Source of the DNA: Thaumarchaeota archaeon UBA141
GTDB taxonomy: Archaea; Thermoproteota; Nitrososphaeria; Nitrososphaerales; UBA141
Reading direction: 5' to 3'
DNA: 49,985 nucleotides
Assembly: GCA_002495315.1 (NCBI GenBank)
Contig: DAEN01000051.1
Coordinates: forward strand, 1-49,985
Part shown: positions 28,781 to 38,052 of the stretch, piece by piece
How positions within the stretch are numbered: position 1 is the first letter of the stretch
How the letters are laid out: each line of letters starts with the position of its first letter
Notes under the pieces: model-generated
The model's database searches: none
What the model saw: only the letters and a program-made list of their open reading frames with translations
Told to the model about the DNA's origin: nothing
Made by a program: the position numbers and the translations under genes

Positions 28781-28828
28781 GGCATGTGCTAGCACGTTGG
28801 TGACTATTGTAGTCGCTATTCACATGCC
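28781..28828. other. Extended stem-loop between the convergent rnz and UPF0201 genes
   Basis: Outer stem GGCATGTG...CACATGCC enclosing GTGACTA-TTG-TAGTCGC. Confidence 0.45.
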
Positions 28829-28876
28829 AACTCGCGGATAATGATCGTTCGGATGGACGTTTATGGATATTGTTGT

Positions 28877-29281
28877 TTATTGCGGGACTAGCCAATCAAT
28901 CAAATCGACTATGGGATTAGCGGTTATTCTTAGAATTATCGGACCAAGAGGAGACTCACTAGCATCTTCACAAACTACAACTACGCCGACAGTTGCTGCT
29001 TGCTTATTCAAGTGCATCCAGGTAGAAGATTCGGTTGAATTTCTTAGCATTATTTTCCTGAATGCTGCACTTGTTCTACGTTGACGTATTTGTTCGTAGA
29101 TGTGGTGGAGTGTCCGCTCTTCTACTGAATGTGCTTCTAAGATTTCTTTATCATGCAGGATTGGGTCTAGAGACGGAAGGACATTCTTTATGGCATCGGC
29201 AACCTTGTAATGGTCTTCAGACGGATTGACTCGTGTCTGGGCAACAATGGCCACTGAACGGCCAAAACCTGGTATTTTCAA
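28877..29281 (-). CDS. UPF0201/DUF54 putative RNA-binding protein
   Basis: VNPSED..KV..AIKN, LNKQAATVG and ESPLGPI motifs. Confidence 0.85.
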   Translation of the reverse strand: MKIPGFGRSVAIVAQTRVNPSEDHYKVADAIKNVLPSLDPILHDKEILEAHSVEERTLHHIYEQIRQRRTSAAFRKIMLRNSTESSTWMHLNKQAATVGVVVVCEDASESPLGPIILRITANPIVDLIDWLVPQ

Positions 29282-29282
29282 C

Positions 29283-29843
29283 CTACTTCATCCATCGCAA
29301 GAACAAGGCTCTTGCCTTGACGCGCAGAGATCTAACATCAGTGTTGTTATCAAGGATCTCATCAGCCATATTTTCGAGGTTACTGAGTCCGATGTTAATC
29401 TCTCGTTTATCTCTTTCACGAAAAAGTCTAAGACTTGGGGGGGCGTCTGGACGTGCGCGTTGTCTTAGGAAACGGTATCTTGTGGCAGGAGAAGCATGTA
29501 CTGCGAGAGTCTGCACTTTTCCAAATCTTTTGAAGAGATTTACTTCGTCTTCGCTCCTTACACCATCAATAACCAGATAGTGGGCGCGACTCCTTCTAAT
29601 CTTCGTGGCAGCTAAGAGACCTACTGCTTCCATTCCTTTTTCCTTGCGCATCTCTACCATTAGTGTACCTAGATTCTCGTCAGTCAGCTCCAGGGAGCGC
29701 CTTTCTGCTTCCTGACGTACTACATCGCCCATAACTACAACTTCAAAACCTAATGACTTCGCCACTGCTACTACAGTCGACTTTCCAGATCCAGGTAGAC
29801 CGGTAAGACAGACTATTAGTTTGGGTTTAGGCTTTACCAACAA
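29283..29843 (-). CDS. UPF0200 P-loop nucleotide kinase (dephospho-CoA-kinase-like fold)
   Basis: Motifs GLPGSGKST, MGDVVR, IDGVRS and RDKRE. Confidence 0.85.
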   Translation of the reverse strand: MLVKPKPKLIVCLTGLPGSGKSTVVAVAKSLGFEVVVMGDVVRQEAERRSLELTDENLGTLMVEMRKEKGMEAVGLLAATKIRRSRAHYLVIDGVRSEDEVNLFKRFGKVQTLAVHASPATRYRFLRQRARPDAPPSLRLFRERDKREINIGLSNLENMADEILDNNTDVRSLRVKARALFLRWMK

Positions 29844-30007
29844 ACGTGGCTTCTTTATTTGTGTTCTATCTGAAGCTTATGACCCTTTCGTGATTTCAAA
29901 AAACCATGGCGATAATTTCAAGAGTTTTTGAAGATCATTCTGGTTTGTGGATCTGCGCTTCCTGGATCGAAATACAAAATACTCTCGTCATGCAGTTCTA
30001 CGAGTAC

Positions 30008-30577
30008 ATGGTTCGCGCATTCATCGCTATTGAAGTTAACAACTCTGCAACAATTGACCGGATCGTGAAGCTCCAACAGGAACTGATGGCCTCCACGGAT
30101 GCAGACATTAAACCCGTTGAAAAGCAAAACCTTCATTTTACCATGAAATTTCTCGGTGAAATTTCTGAGTCGGAAATTTCCCAACACATCGAAAGCCTAC
30201 GCAAGATTGAGTCTGAGTGTCTAGATGTAGTCTATGAGGGACTGGGAGTCTTTCCAAATATGCAGCGAATGTCTGTGGTTTGGATTGGGGTCGGCGGAAA
30301 GGGGAAAGAGATGTTTGGGCGACTCGGAAAAAAGATTTTAGCTATTACGACGACAGCAGGACGAAGTGGTGATGCTGTTTTCGTTCCACATTTGACAATC
30401 TTGCGCGTCAAGAGTGGAAGAAACAAAGAGCGATTGATACAGGCGATCAACGCTTTGACCAGCGAGCGGTTTGGAAAAGACAAATTGACTAGTTTGAAAC
30501 TGAAGCGGAGCCAGCTTACTCCACGTGGACCAATCTATACCGACCTGTTTGAAATCCCATTCAGAGAGTCAAAATGA
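30008..30577 (+). CDS. thpR: RNA 2',3'-cyclic phosphodiesterase (2'-5' RNA ligase, 2H family)
   Basis: RAFIAI, HFT and HLT 2H motifs, SQLTPRGPIY. Start set at ATG 30008. Confidence 0.92.
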   Translation: MVRAFIAIEVNNSATIDRIVKLQQELMASTDADIKPVEKQNLHFTMKFLGEISESEISQHIESLRKIESECLDVVYEGLGVFPNMQRMSVVWIGVGGKGKEMFGRLGKKILAITTTAGRSGDAVFVPHLTILRVKSGRNKERLIQAINALTSERFGKDKLTSLKLKRSQLTPRGPIYTDLFEIPFRESK

Positions 30578-31974
30578 GCTATTCTACTCTGGATAAGGTT
30601 CTGGAACGTGCCCGCCAGCTTGTAACTCCTTCAATCTTAGAGGAGAAGAAAGTTGCCCGCGTCGCCAATTTTCTCCTTACCCAGGTCCGCGAGGTAACTG
30701 ACAAATCAGGTCTAGATCTAGACCTGGTCATAGGTGGTTCTTATGCTAAAGGTACATGGTTACCGGGCGAAGCTGATCTAGATCTCTTTCTAAAATTCCC
30801 ACTCGACACCTCTAAAGTAGATCTGGAGCGCCAAGGAATCGCCATTGCCGAGAAAGCCCTCCACTCTCATCCCCGAGGTCTCCGTTACTCTGAACATCCG
30901 TATCTTGAAGCATGGGTCAAAGATATCAGAGTCAATGTGGTTCCTTGCTATGATGCCAAGAAAGGTCAGTGGAAGAGTGCAGCAGACCGATCTCCTTACC
31001 ATACCACGGTCATCAAGGAGGCGTTTGATCAATCGTTATGTCTGGAGACCCGAATTCTCAAGAGATTTCTCAAGAAAAGCGGACTGTATGGCGCCGAGAT
31101 CAAAGTACAAGGATTCAGTGGATACGTTTGTGAGGTCATTATGCTAGCCTACAAAACTTTCGAGGCGACTCTCAGAGAAGCCTCTGACTGGGAAGATCAC
31201 CAAGTGATCTTGACGGACCCATTGAAGAATGGTCTATCTGCAAATTTTATGAGTTCACTGATAATCCCTGACCCTGTCGATGCGCGGCGGAATCTGGGAT
31301 CTGCAATATCGGCAAGGAATGTAGCTGCTTTCACGCTTATTGCTAGTGACTTTCTCAAAAGACCACGATTTAGTAATTTCTCGTTCACTAACGCTCGAAA
31401 AGCTTGGTCGTCTTCGCAAAGTTCACCTATTCTTGAACGTCTGGTAATGGTCACTTTTCGTCACCACAAGGTGCCAGTCGACATCCTCTGGGGACAGCTC
31501 CGACGGACACTGCGCGGACTCGTCAGACAGTTGGAGTCACACGACTTCAAGGTCATGAGGGCAAACGTGGCGAGCGACGACCAGACCAAATCGGCGTTCC
31601 TATTTCTGATAGAATCGACTACCCTTTCGAAATTTAGGCGGCGGATAGGTCCTCATGCTCATCGCGGTGCTGACGCTCGGGTTTTTCTCAAAAAAAATGC
31701 TGGGAAGCTGCTGATCTCGTGGATTTCTGACGATGGCCGCATTATCGGCTTAACCGACCGCCAGTTCATTACCGCAGAATCAGTACTTCGAGAAGCCATG
31801 TCGGGATCTATCGCCCTAAGTGTGGCTGGTAATCTGAAGAGAGAGCTAAAACAAAACTTCGAAATTCAAATAGGTCGCCCTATCCTATCTCCTCAATACT
31901 CAAAACCCTGGCTTTTGGAGGCCATTGGAAATATTGTCTTTACAGAACGATTGCTCTCTGATCAACGTCGATGA
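30574..31974 (+). CDS. cca: Class I CCA-adding tRNA nucleotidyltransferase
   Basis: Motifs GSYAKGTWLPGEADLD, YSEHPY, SAADRSPYH, GFSGY and DPVDARRN. Confidence 0.96.
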   Translation: MSYSTLDKVLERARQLVTPSILEEKKVARVANFLLTQVREVTDKSGLDLDLVIGGSYAKGTWLPGEADLDLFLKFPLDTSKVDLERQGIAIAEKALHSHPRGLRYSEHPYLEAWVKDIRVNVVPCYDAKKGQWKSAADRSPYHTTVIKEAFDQSLCLETRILKRFLKKSGLYGAEIKVQGFSGYVCEVIMLAYKTFEATLREASDWEDHQVILTDPLKNGLSANFMSSLIIPDPVDARRNLGSAISARNVAAFTLIASDFLKRPRFSNFSFTNARKAWSSSQSSPILERLVMVTFRHHKVPVDILWGQLRRTLRGLVRQLESHDFKVMRANVASDDQTKSAFLFLIESTTLSKFRRRIGPHAHRGADARVFLKKNAGKLLISWISDDGRIIGLTDRQFITAESVLREAMSGSIALSVAGNLKRELKQNFEIQIGRPILSPQYSKPWLLEAIGNIVFTERLLSDQRR

Positions 31975-32722
31975 CCTGGTTGCGGAGCCTTATGCCTCTG
32001 TTATCAGCTATCCAAAAGCCGATAACTCAAATTTGGATGACATACTTGCAGAGATCAAAACTCTAGGCGTCGAATCAATTATCTTTGAAGGCCCAACTAG
32101 GATTGGCGGTCTGGAAGTACTAGGAAAGGGATGTGTCGGTATAGTTGTAAAGGCTGTCTTGAATGATCGGATCATGGCGCTGAAAGTAAGAAGGGCAGAC
32201 GCTAACCGGCCTAGTATGAAAGCGGAAGCAAAGTTCTTGAGGATTGCCAATTCTGTTGGCGTTGGTCCCATACTTGAATCATACTCAAAGAATTGTATGC
32301 TGATGGAACTAGTTCCTGGCCAAAACTTGAAAGAATGGTTGTCGAAGCTCCATAGGAAAGAAACTGCGCCGTTGCTTCGTTCGATTGTTCGGGATATCCT
32401 TGACCAGTGTCGCCGATTGGACGATCGAGGGATTGATCATGGGGAACTATCAAATGCGAGTAAGCACGTAATCGTCGTTGATCGTCCCATTATCATCGAT
32501 TTCGAGAGTGCAAGCACCAAGCGCAGGCCTCGCAATGTTACATCTTGCGCTCAATATCTTTTCTTGGGAGGTTCAACATCCAATCGTGTGGCCCGAATCC
32601 TTAGAATCCTCCCTGAAGAACAAATAATCAAGGTCTTACGTCAATATGGATCTTCAGCTCAGGATGGGCCTAGTTTTGCAGAACTTCTTAGACGGCTGAA
32701 GTTGACTAAAAAAAATGAATAG
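31925..32722 (+). CDS. RIO-like atypical Ser/Thr protein kinase
   Basis: Motifs LGKGCVGIV, ALKVRR, IDHGELS and IIDFESAS. Confidence 0.88.
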   Translation: MEILSLQNDCSLINVDDLVAEPYASVISYPKADNSNLDDILAEIKTLGVESIIFEGPTRIGGLEVLGKGCVGIVVKAVLNDRIMALKVRRADANRPSMKAEAKFLRIANSVGVGPILESYSKNCMLMELVPGQNLKEWLSKLHRKETAPLLRSIVRDILDQCRRLDDRGIDHGELSNASKHVIVVDRPIIIDFESASTKRRPRNVTSCAQYLFLGGSTSNRVARILRILPEEQIIKVLRQYGSSAQDGPSFAELLRRLKLTKKNE

Positions 32723-32769
32723 AAGGAGCTGGAAAGTTGATAGGCAAGCCCAAAAAACCTGATATTACA

Positions 32770-32859
32770 GGGGCCGTCGTCTAGTTTGGTCTAGGATACC
32801 AGCTTGGGGGCGTCATGCCAAATTGCTGGCGGTCGTGGGTTCAAATCCCACCGGCCCCA
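32770..32859 (+). tRNA. tRNA-Pro(GGG) with a 14-nt intron at 37/38 (32810..32823); CCA not encoded
   Basis: Acceptor stem GGGGCCG/CGGCCCC, anticodon stem CCAGC/GCTGG, T arm GTGGGTTCAAATCCCAC. BHB central helix TTGG/CCAA with 3-nt bulges GGG and ATT. Confidence 0.93.
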
Positions 32860-33154
32860 CTTATGTTTAGGTTCTGTTCTTACCGGCACGCGCTGTCGGA
32901 TCAGAGAAGATTCCTTTTCTTAACTCAAGTAGCCAGGAACTAGCACTGGGAGAGCCTAACAGGATCGATTCTTCCCTAGGGTTTGTGCGAGATCTCCACT
33001 GAAACGAATGCACAGAAACGTATAGACCTATCGAAGTTGTTTTTGCTCTTCTGGATAAGATGTCCGTTGAAAGATAACTGGAGTGGGGAACTATCGTTTT
33101 GATTCTCGGCGCGTTCAGCTAGGATATATATTTCAACGCTGATTTTACGCGACT

Positions 33155-33439
33155 GTGGCTAAGAGACAGTTCACGATTGACATCGGAACTGAACGAATAG
33201 CTGTGGATGGATATGAACCGCGAGCCGTCGCACTCAAGTACTTGATGAAAAGGAGGCGAAGTTTATTGGTGACTCGGGACAAGGACAAGGTCGAGGTCCT
33301 ATATCTTGCATTGCCGCATTCCATTCGAATTGACGGTGCAAGATTGAGCAAATCATACAAAGTAAATTGGGAACGAATCGGTACTACTGAATTTGAGGGA
33401 GCGCGCTTCACTTTTACCTTGGAAGAAATGACAGGTTGA
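33155..33439 (+). CDS. Conserved hypothetical protein of thaumarchaeal type
   Basis: VALKYLMKRRRSLL and YKVNWERIGTTEFEGARF resemble a family I recall from Nitrososphaerota; ATATATAT box about 24 nt upstream. Confidence 0.75.
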   Translation: MAKRQFTIDIGTERIAVDGYEPRAVALKYLMKRRRSLLVTRDKDKVEVLYLALPHSIRIDGARLSKSYKVNWERIGTTEFEGARFTFTLEEMTG

Positions 33440-33516
33440 TGATATCACTAAATGAACATCCTTGCTTTCCTGAATAATAATCTAAAGTTTGGTATATTGT
33501 CAAGGGGATATTCATA

Positions 33517-34506
33517 ATGGGTAAGACACGGTTTGGGTTGGCATTATCAAATAGACTGCCAGTAATAAATCCAAAAATCGATATGAAGCAATCGTTATTG
33601 GAACTTGGGGTCAATGCTGAGCGGAGTGGTGTTTTTGACTCTCTTTGGGTCGGAGATAATATCCTAACCAAGCCAAGAGCTGATCCTATTTCCATCTTGA
33701 GTGGATTGGCTGCACTTACTAGCAAAGTGAAGCTCGGTGTTGCCTGTATGGCAACTTTGGGTCTAAGAAATCCCATTTTCTTGGCGCAACAGTGGGCTAC
33801 TTTGGATAGATTATCCAACGGTCGAACAATAATGGTTGCTTGCATGGGCGGATCAGACGGTCAAATTAGTGGTTCACAAGAATTCAAAACCTTTGGACAT
33901 AAACTGAACGAAAGGGTAGCAATGATGATTGAAGGAATAGAGGTACTCAGGAAGCTCTCTAGTGAACAAGAAGTATCCTATAGTGGTCGATTCCATGTTC
34001 TTGACAAAGTTACAGTCGAACCCAAACCTGTACAACAACCATTGCCAATATGGATTGCCGGTTATCCGCAGGATCCAGAGATTGAAGAAAGGGCATTGAG
34101 GCGTATCGCAAGGCTTGCAGACGGATGGTTAGTGAATGTCATTAGTCCTGAGAAACTCTCCAGTCTTTGGAAGAAGATACAATCGTATTCAACTGAATAC
34201 GGTAGGACGATGCGAGATAATATGCTCTTTTATCATATCTGCATAGATGAAGATCAAGAGCGCGCCGAAAAGGAACTTTCGGCCTATGGTTCTGCCTACT
34301 ATTCACCCGCGTTTATTGACAAGATGAAGAAGAATGAATCATTAGATTTGTGGGCTTCGTATGGCAGAGCTGATGACTGCATAAAGGGAATAGAAAAGTT
34401 TGTGAATGCGGGTGCTAATTCTATCCTTGTCCGCTTTGCCACACTGGAGAAAACACAACGTCAAATGGAGATCTTCGTGAAAGATGTTGCTCCTTCCTTC
34501 CTGTAA
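33517..34506 (+). CDS. LLM-class flavin/F420-dependent oxidoreductase
   Basis: Motifs FDSLWVGD, LAQQWATLDRLSNGR, PKPVQQPLPIWIAG and ARLADGW. Confidence 0.88.
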   Translation: MGKTRFGLALSNRLPVINPKIDMKQSLLELGVNAERSGVFDSLWVGDNILTKPRADPISILSGLAALTSKVKLGVACMATLGLRNPIFLAQQWATLDRLSNGRTIMVACMGGSDGQISGSQEFKTFGHKLNERVAMMIEGIEVLRKLSSEQEVSYSGRFHVLDKVTVEPKPVQQPLPIWIAGYPQDPEIEERALRRIARLADGWLVNVISPEKLSSLWKKIQSYSTEYGRTMRDNMLFYHICIDEDQERAEKELSAYGSAYYSPAFIDKMKKNESLDLWASYGRADDCIKGIEKFVNAGANSILVRFATLEKTQRQMEIFVKDVAPSFL

Positions 34507-34521
34507 CTCTATGTACTTTCC

Positions 34522-35649
34522 ATGATAATCAGTAAATTTGACCTATTCTTAACGAAGATACCTCTAGTTCGTCCTCAACGGATGGCTACTGGTACGAGTG
34601 AGAATCAGGAAAATGTCATAATAAAGATGTATTCTGACGAAGGTATAGTTGGTGTGGGTGAGGTACCTCATATGTTGGGTACATCTTTGATGGGAGAGTC
34701 TCAGCAGACGGCTAAAGTTGTCCTTGAGAACCATATATTCCCACAACTCATGGGAGAAAATCCCTTCGAGATAGAACGATTACATGGAATCATGGATAGT
34801 TCGATAAGATGCAACCCTAGAGCTAAGAGCGGAGTGAGTTTGGCTCTATATGATATCGTTGGAAAAGCCCTGGGAGTTCCAGTTTATACTATTCTTGGGG
34901 GCAAGGTTAGAGATAGTGTGCCACTGAGCTGGTCTATACCAATCACGAGCTATGAAAATGGAGTCAGGGAAGCCCGACAAAAGACAGAGAGTGGATGGAA
35001 AATTCTGAAGATAAAATTGGGTAGGGATGATCCTGCTGATGATATTGAAATGGTCAAGAGAATTCGAGATACTGTTGGAGATGAGGTGCAGTTAAGAGTG
35101 GATGCCAATCAAGCCTATGACGTTAAGACCGCGATACGTGTAGGGCGATCCATAGATCGGTATGGGATCGAGTTCTATGAACAACCTGTGTCTGCAGAGA
35201 ACCTGGATAGTCTAGCCGAAGTTAGTCGAGCGACTGCGATACCATTGATGGCTGACGAAAGCTTGGTAACTTTGCAAGACGCTGTTGCTATATTGAGCAA
35301 AGACGCCGCGCAGTTACTCAGCATTTATGTTTCGAAGTCGGGCGGTTTACTGAATGATAAGAAGATCGCCCATCTTGCAGAATCGTATGGTTCTGAGTGT
35401 TATCTTGGAGGAGCGCTCGAGAGTACAATAGGTGCATGTGCTGGATTACAGTTAGCAGCATCAACTCCTAATCTATCATTGGGATGTGAGCTTTATGGCC
35501 AGTATATTTTGAAGGAAGATATAGGCTGCAAACTCCTAGACTTCAGAGATGGGGAGCTAGTGGTCCCTACGGATCCTGGACTCGGACTTGAAATTGATGA
35601 AGATAAGTTAGAACGATATGTAACTGATTATTCATCAGTCGAGATCTAA
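34522..35649 (+). CDS. Enolase-superfamily muconate-cycloisomerase-like enzyme
   Basis: Motifs KIKLG, VDANQ, EQP, ADES, GCELYG and PGLG. Confidence 0.88.
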   Translation: MIISKFDLFLTKIPLVRPQRMATGTSENQENVIIKMYSDEGIVGVGEVPHMLGTSLMGESQQTAKVVLENHIFPQLMGENPFEIERLHGIMDSSIRCNPRAKSGVSLALYDIVGKALGVPVYTILGGKVRDSVPLSWSIPITSYENGVREARQKTESGWKILKIKLGRDDPADDIEMVKRIRDTVGDEVQLRVDANQAYDVKTAIRVGRSIDRYGIEFYEQPVSAENLDSLAEVSRATAIPLMADESLVTLQDAVAILSKDAAQLLSIYVSKSGGLLNDKKIAHLAESYGSECYLGGALESTIGACAGLQLAASTPNLSLGCELYGQYILKEDIGCKLLDFRDGELVVPTDPGLGLEIDEDKLERYVTDYSSVEI

Positions 35650-35719
35650 GGCCCTTGGGATTTGACTTCCACCTGAAACCGATAACGTCTGCTGGGGATC
35701 AATGATTTACGTGGAGTAA

Positions 35720-36766
35720 TTAGTTGCGCCAAACTCGTTTGAATACCCTCAAGAAGTTTCCTCCCAGTACTTTCTCTATCTCATTGTCAGAGTATCCTTT
35801 TGTGACAAGAGCTCGAGTAATGTTTTCAGTTTCGGAAACATCCCCTATGCCTTTTGGATATCGAAGTTTTCTAGGAATACTGACAAAACTTCCAAGCTCT
35901 GGGTGGCTCTCTGCCCACTTAGCTAACTTCATCCAAGTGCGTCCTCCAGACTTCTCCTCTTCTCTGATATCGGTTCCAATTCCTACATGTTCTATTCCTA
36001 TGTGATCTATTATGTACTCTACGTGTTTTAGGTAATCATCCAATGTGGAACCTTTTCTCGTTTTACTAGTGAGGAAGGAAGTAGCACCCGGGACGCCTAT
36101 TACTCCATCCTTTTCTGCTACAAGGGTCATTTGATCGTCCTTGACATTTCGAATGTGAGGGCATATTGACCAGACTGCAGAATGCGAGAAGATCACGGGA
36201 TCTCTGGAGACTTCAATCACATCCAGACTTGTACGATAGCCAACATGAGAAAGGTCGACTATCATTCCTGCTTCATTCATATTTTCCACAGCTTTCACTC
36301 CCATGTTGCTTAAACCGGCATCCGACCTTTCTCCACAGCCATCTCCGAAGTTATTCCTACCTTGGTAAGTTAGAGTTGCCATGCGGATCCCAAGTCTATG
36401 AAATATTCGAATGTGCTGGAGATTCTCTTGCATGGGTTTTGCGTTTTGGAAGGCTAGGATGACAGCAGCCTTGTTTCTTCTCTTTGCTGAGATGATGTCC
36501 TCGATCTTAGTGGCTACTATGACGTTATTTGGCCTTATTTCATCTAATTGTTCATACCACTCTTCTGTGTGCTCAACAGCATCTTGGAATGTGTCGTCTG
36601 GCCAGTTAACTGTGATGACGACTCCTGTAACTCCACCGATTTCCAATTTCTTGGTAAAATGTGAATCGAATTCATCTAGATGTGTAGCTTCAGCTGCATT
36701 TATCACTATATTCTTATCATGAATTCTAGATGCTTTCTGTACGTCATTTGCGGTAAATGTGTTCAA
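35720..36766 (-). CDS. Membrane-dipeptidase (M19)-family amidohydrolase
   Basis: Motifs LTYQGRN, VDLSHVG, FSHS, RNVKD, GIGTD and GGNFLRV. Confidence 0.85.
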   Translation of the reverse strand: MNTFTANDVQKASRIHDKNIVINAAEATHLDEFDSHFTKKLEIGGVTGVVITVNWPDDTFQDAVEHTEEWYEQLDEIRPNNVIVATKIEDIISAKRRNKAAVILAFQNAKPMQENLQHIRIFHRLGIRMATLTYQGRNNFGDGCGERSDAGLSNMGVKAVENMNEAGMIVDLSHVGYRTSLDVIEVSRDPVIFSHSAVWSICPHIRNVKDDQMTLVAEKDGVIGVPGATSFLTSKTRKGSTLDDYLKHVEYIIDHIGIEHVGIGTDIREEEKSGGRTWMKLAKWAESHPELGSFVSIPRKLRYPKGIGDVSETENITRALVTKGYSDNEIEKVLGGNFLRVFKRVWRN

Positions 36767-36892
36767 ATCTAATTTTTTGAGATGTTCATTTCATATTTAA
36801 ACAAGATGAGTTAGTAGGCGTCTCTAATATGATAAAACATAAGATCTGCTAAAGTAATGCATAAGTATCAATCTTAGGAACTTTAACAAGAT

Positions 36893-37957
36893 TTGGCTCA
36901 AATCAAGAGCTTCGATACGGATATGTATGATCGGACATATTGTGCATTGGTAACTGCTTTCAAGCCAGACAGTCTTGAGGTAGATGAGGAGGCGTATCGG
37001 AAACTTGTTCGATATTATACTACAAACAAGTACTTCATAGAGACAAAGGGATCTCTGGTAGTGAATCCTGAGGCGGGGGAAATCTTCTACTTGACTGCTG
37101 AGGAAAGGAGATGTCTAATACGAATTGTAATGAAAGAACGCCCTTCGGAAATGCCGATTTTTGCTGGCTGTTATGGACTACGGATGGATGAGGTCATTGA
37201 ATCAGCACTCGATGCTAAGTCCCTTGGGGTTGACGGAATCTTTGTCATGCCGCCAGCTGGGGCAAGTGAAGTTTCGACTTACTATGATGGTTCTGGTAAC
37301 CCTGAAGTATTCACAGCTTATGTGCGAGACATTGCTGAAGCTACACAGCTGCCAATTATTGTCCATGCCAGCCATCCGAGTACCCCCAAATGGGGCAAGG
37401 GCCTCCCTATAGAAACGGTCAAGATGGTGCTTGAGGAGGTACCAAGTGTCGTTGGATGGAAGATGATCTACGGAAGCATGGACGCACATTTCAGAATTGC
37501 ACGGTACATAAGATCCTTGTCACGACATGTTGGAATACTGAACGCTCCTCATTTCTGTTATCATACCGCGCTGATTTGCAACCTCCTGGACGGGGCAGTG
37601 CAGGGCGCCTACAACTTTAACATGGAAAGTCTTGTCGCACATACGATTGCCTGGGAACAGGGAAATCTCGATGGAGCAAGGAAAATCTGGAATAAGGAGA
37701 TTATGCCATTGCAGGAATACGTCTATGCAGACCGGCCAAGATTACATGTACGGTATAAGCTGGCGACTTGGATTCGCGGCCTAATCTCGCACCCGTTCAT
37801 GAGGCCTCCAAACCCCCAGCCAAATGCAGATGAAGCGGAACGTATGTATGAAGTAATCCGGAAGACCGGACTGAGTCATATCGAACGGGTGGAATTCGAT
37901 GATGTTTTGGAGAAAAGACCTAACATTACAAATCATGTCCCTCTTACGCACACATAA
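36893..37957 (+). CDS. DapA/N-acetylneuraminate-lyase-family class I aldolase-like protein
   Basis: ALVTAF, GEIFYLTAEER, GVDGIFVMPP and VVGWK (Schiff-base Lys). Confidence 0.82.
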   Translation: MAQIKSFDTDMYDRTYCALVTAFKPDSLEVDEEAYRKLVRYYTTNKYFIETKGSLVVNPEAGEIFYLTAEERRCLIRIVMKERPSEMPIFAGCYGLRMDEVIESALDAKSLGVDGIFVMPPAGASEVSTYYDGSGNPEVFTAYVRDIAEATQLPIIVHASHPSTPKWGKGLPIETVKMVLEEVPSVVGWKMIYGSMDAHFRIARYIRSLSRHVGILNAPHFCYHTALICNLLDGAVQGAYNFNMESLVAHTIAWEQGNLDGARKIWNKEIMPLQEYVYADRPRLHVRYKLATWIRGLISHPFMRPPNPQPNADEAERMYEVIRKTGLSHIERVEFDDVLEKRPNITNHVPLTHT

Positions 37958-38052
37958 ATCACACTGGAAAGTCACCGCATCGATTAGTTTGCCAGAACTA
38001 AGACTAAATTGCAGGGTTTAGATTTTCATTTAGTATAAGCTCTGCATCCAAA

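Noticed and set aside
32860..33120. Possible ncRNA downstream of tRNA-Pro
   Set aside because: No C/D boxes, convincing long stems or recognisable RNA family found by eye.
35650..35665. Minus-strand TCAAATCCCAAGGGCC resembling the 3' end of tRNA-Pro (possible att site)
   Set aside because: Short, imperfect and inverted relative to the tRNA, with no integrase in the window; compatible with chance.
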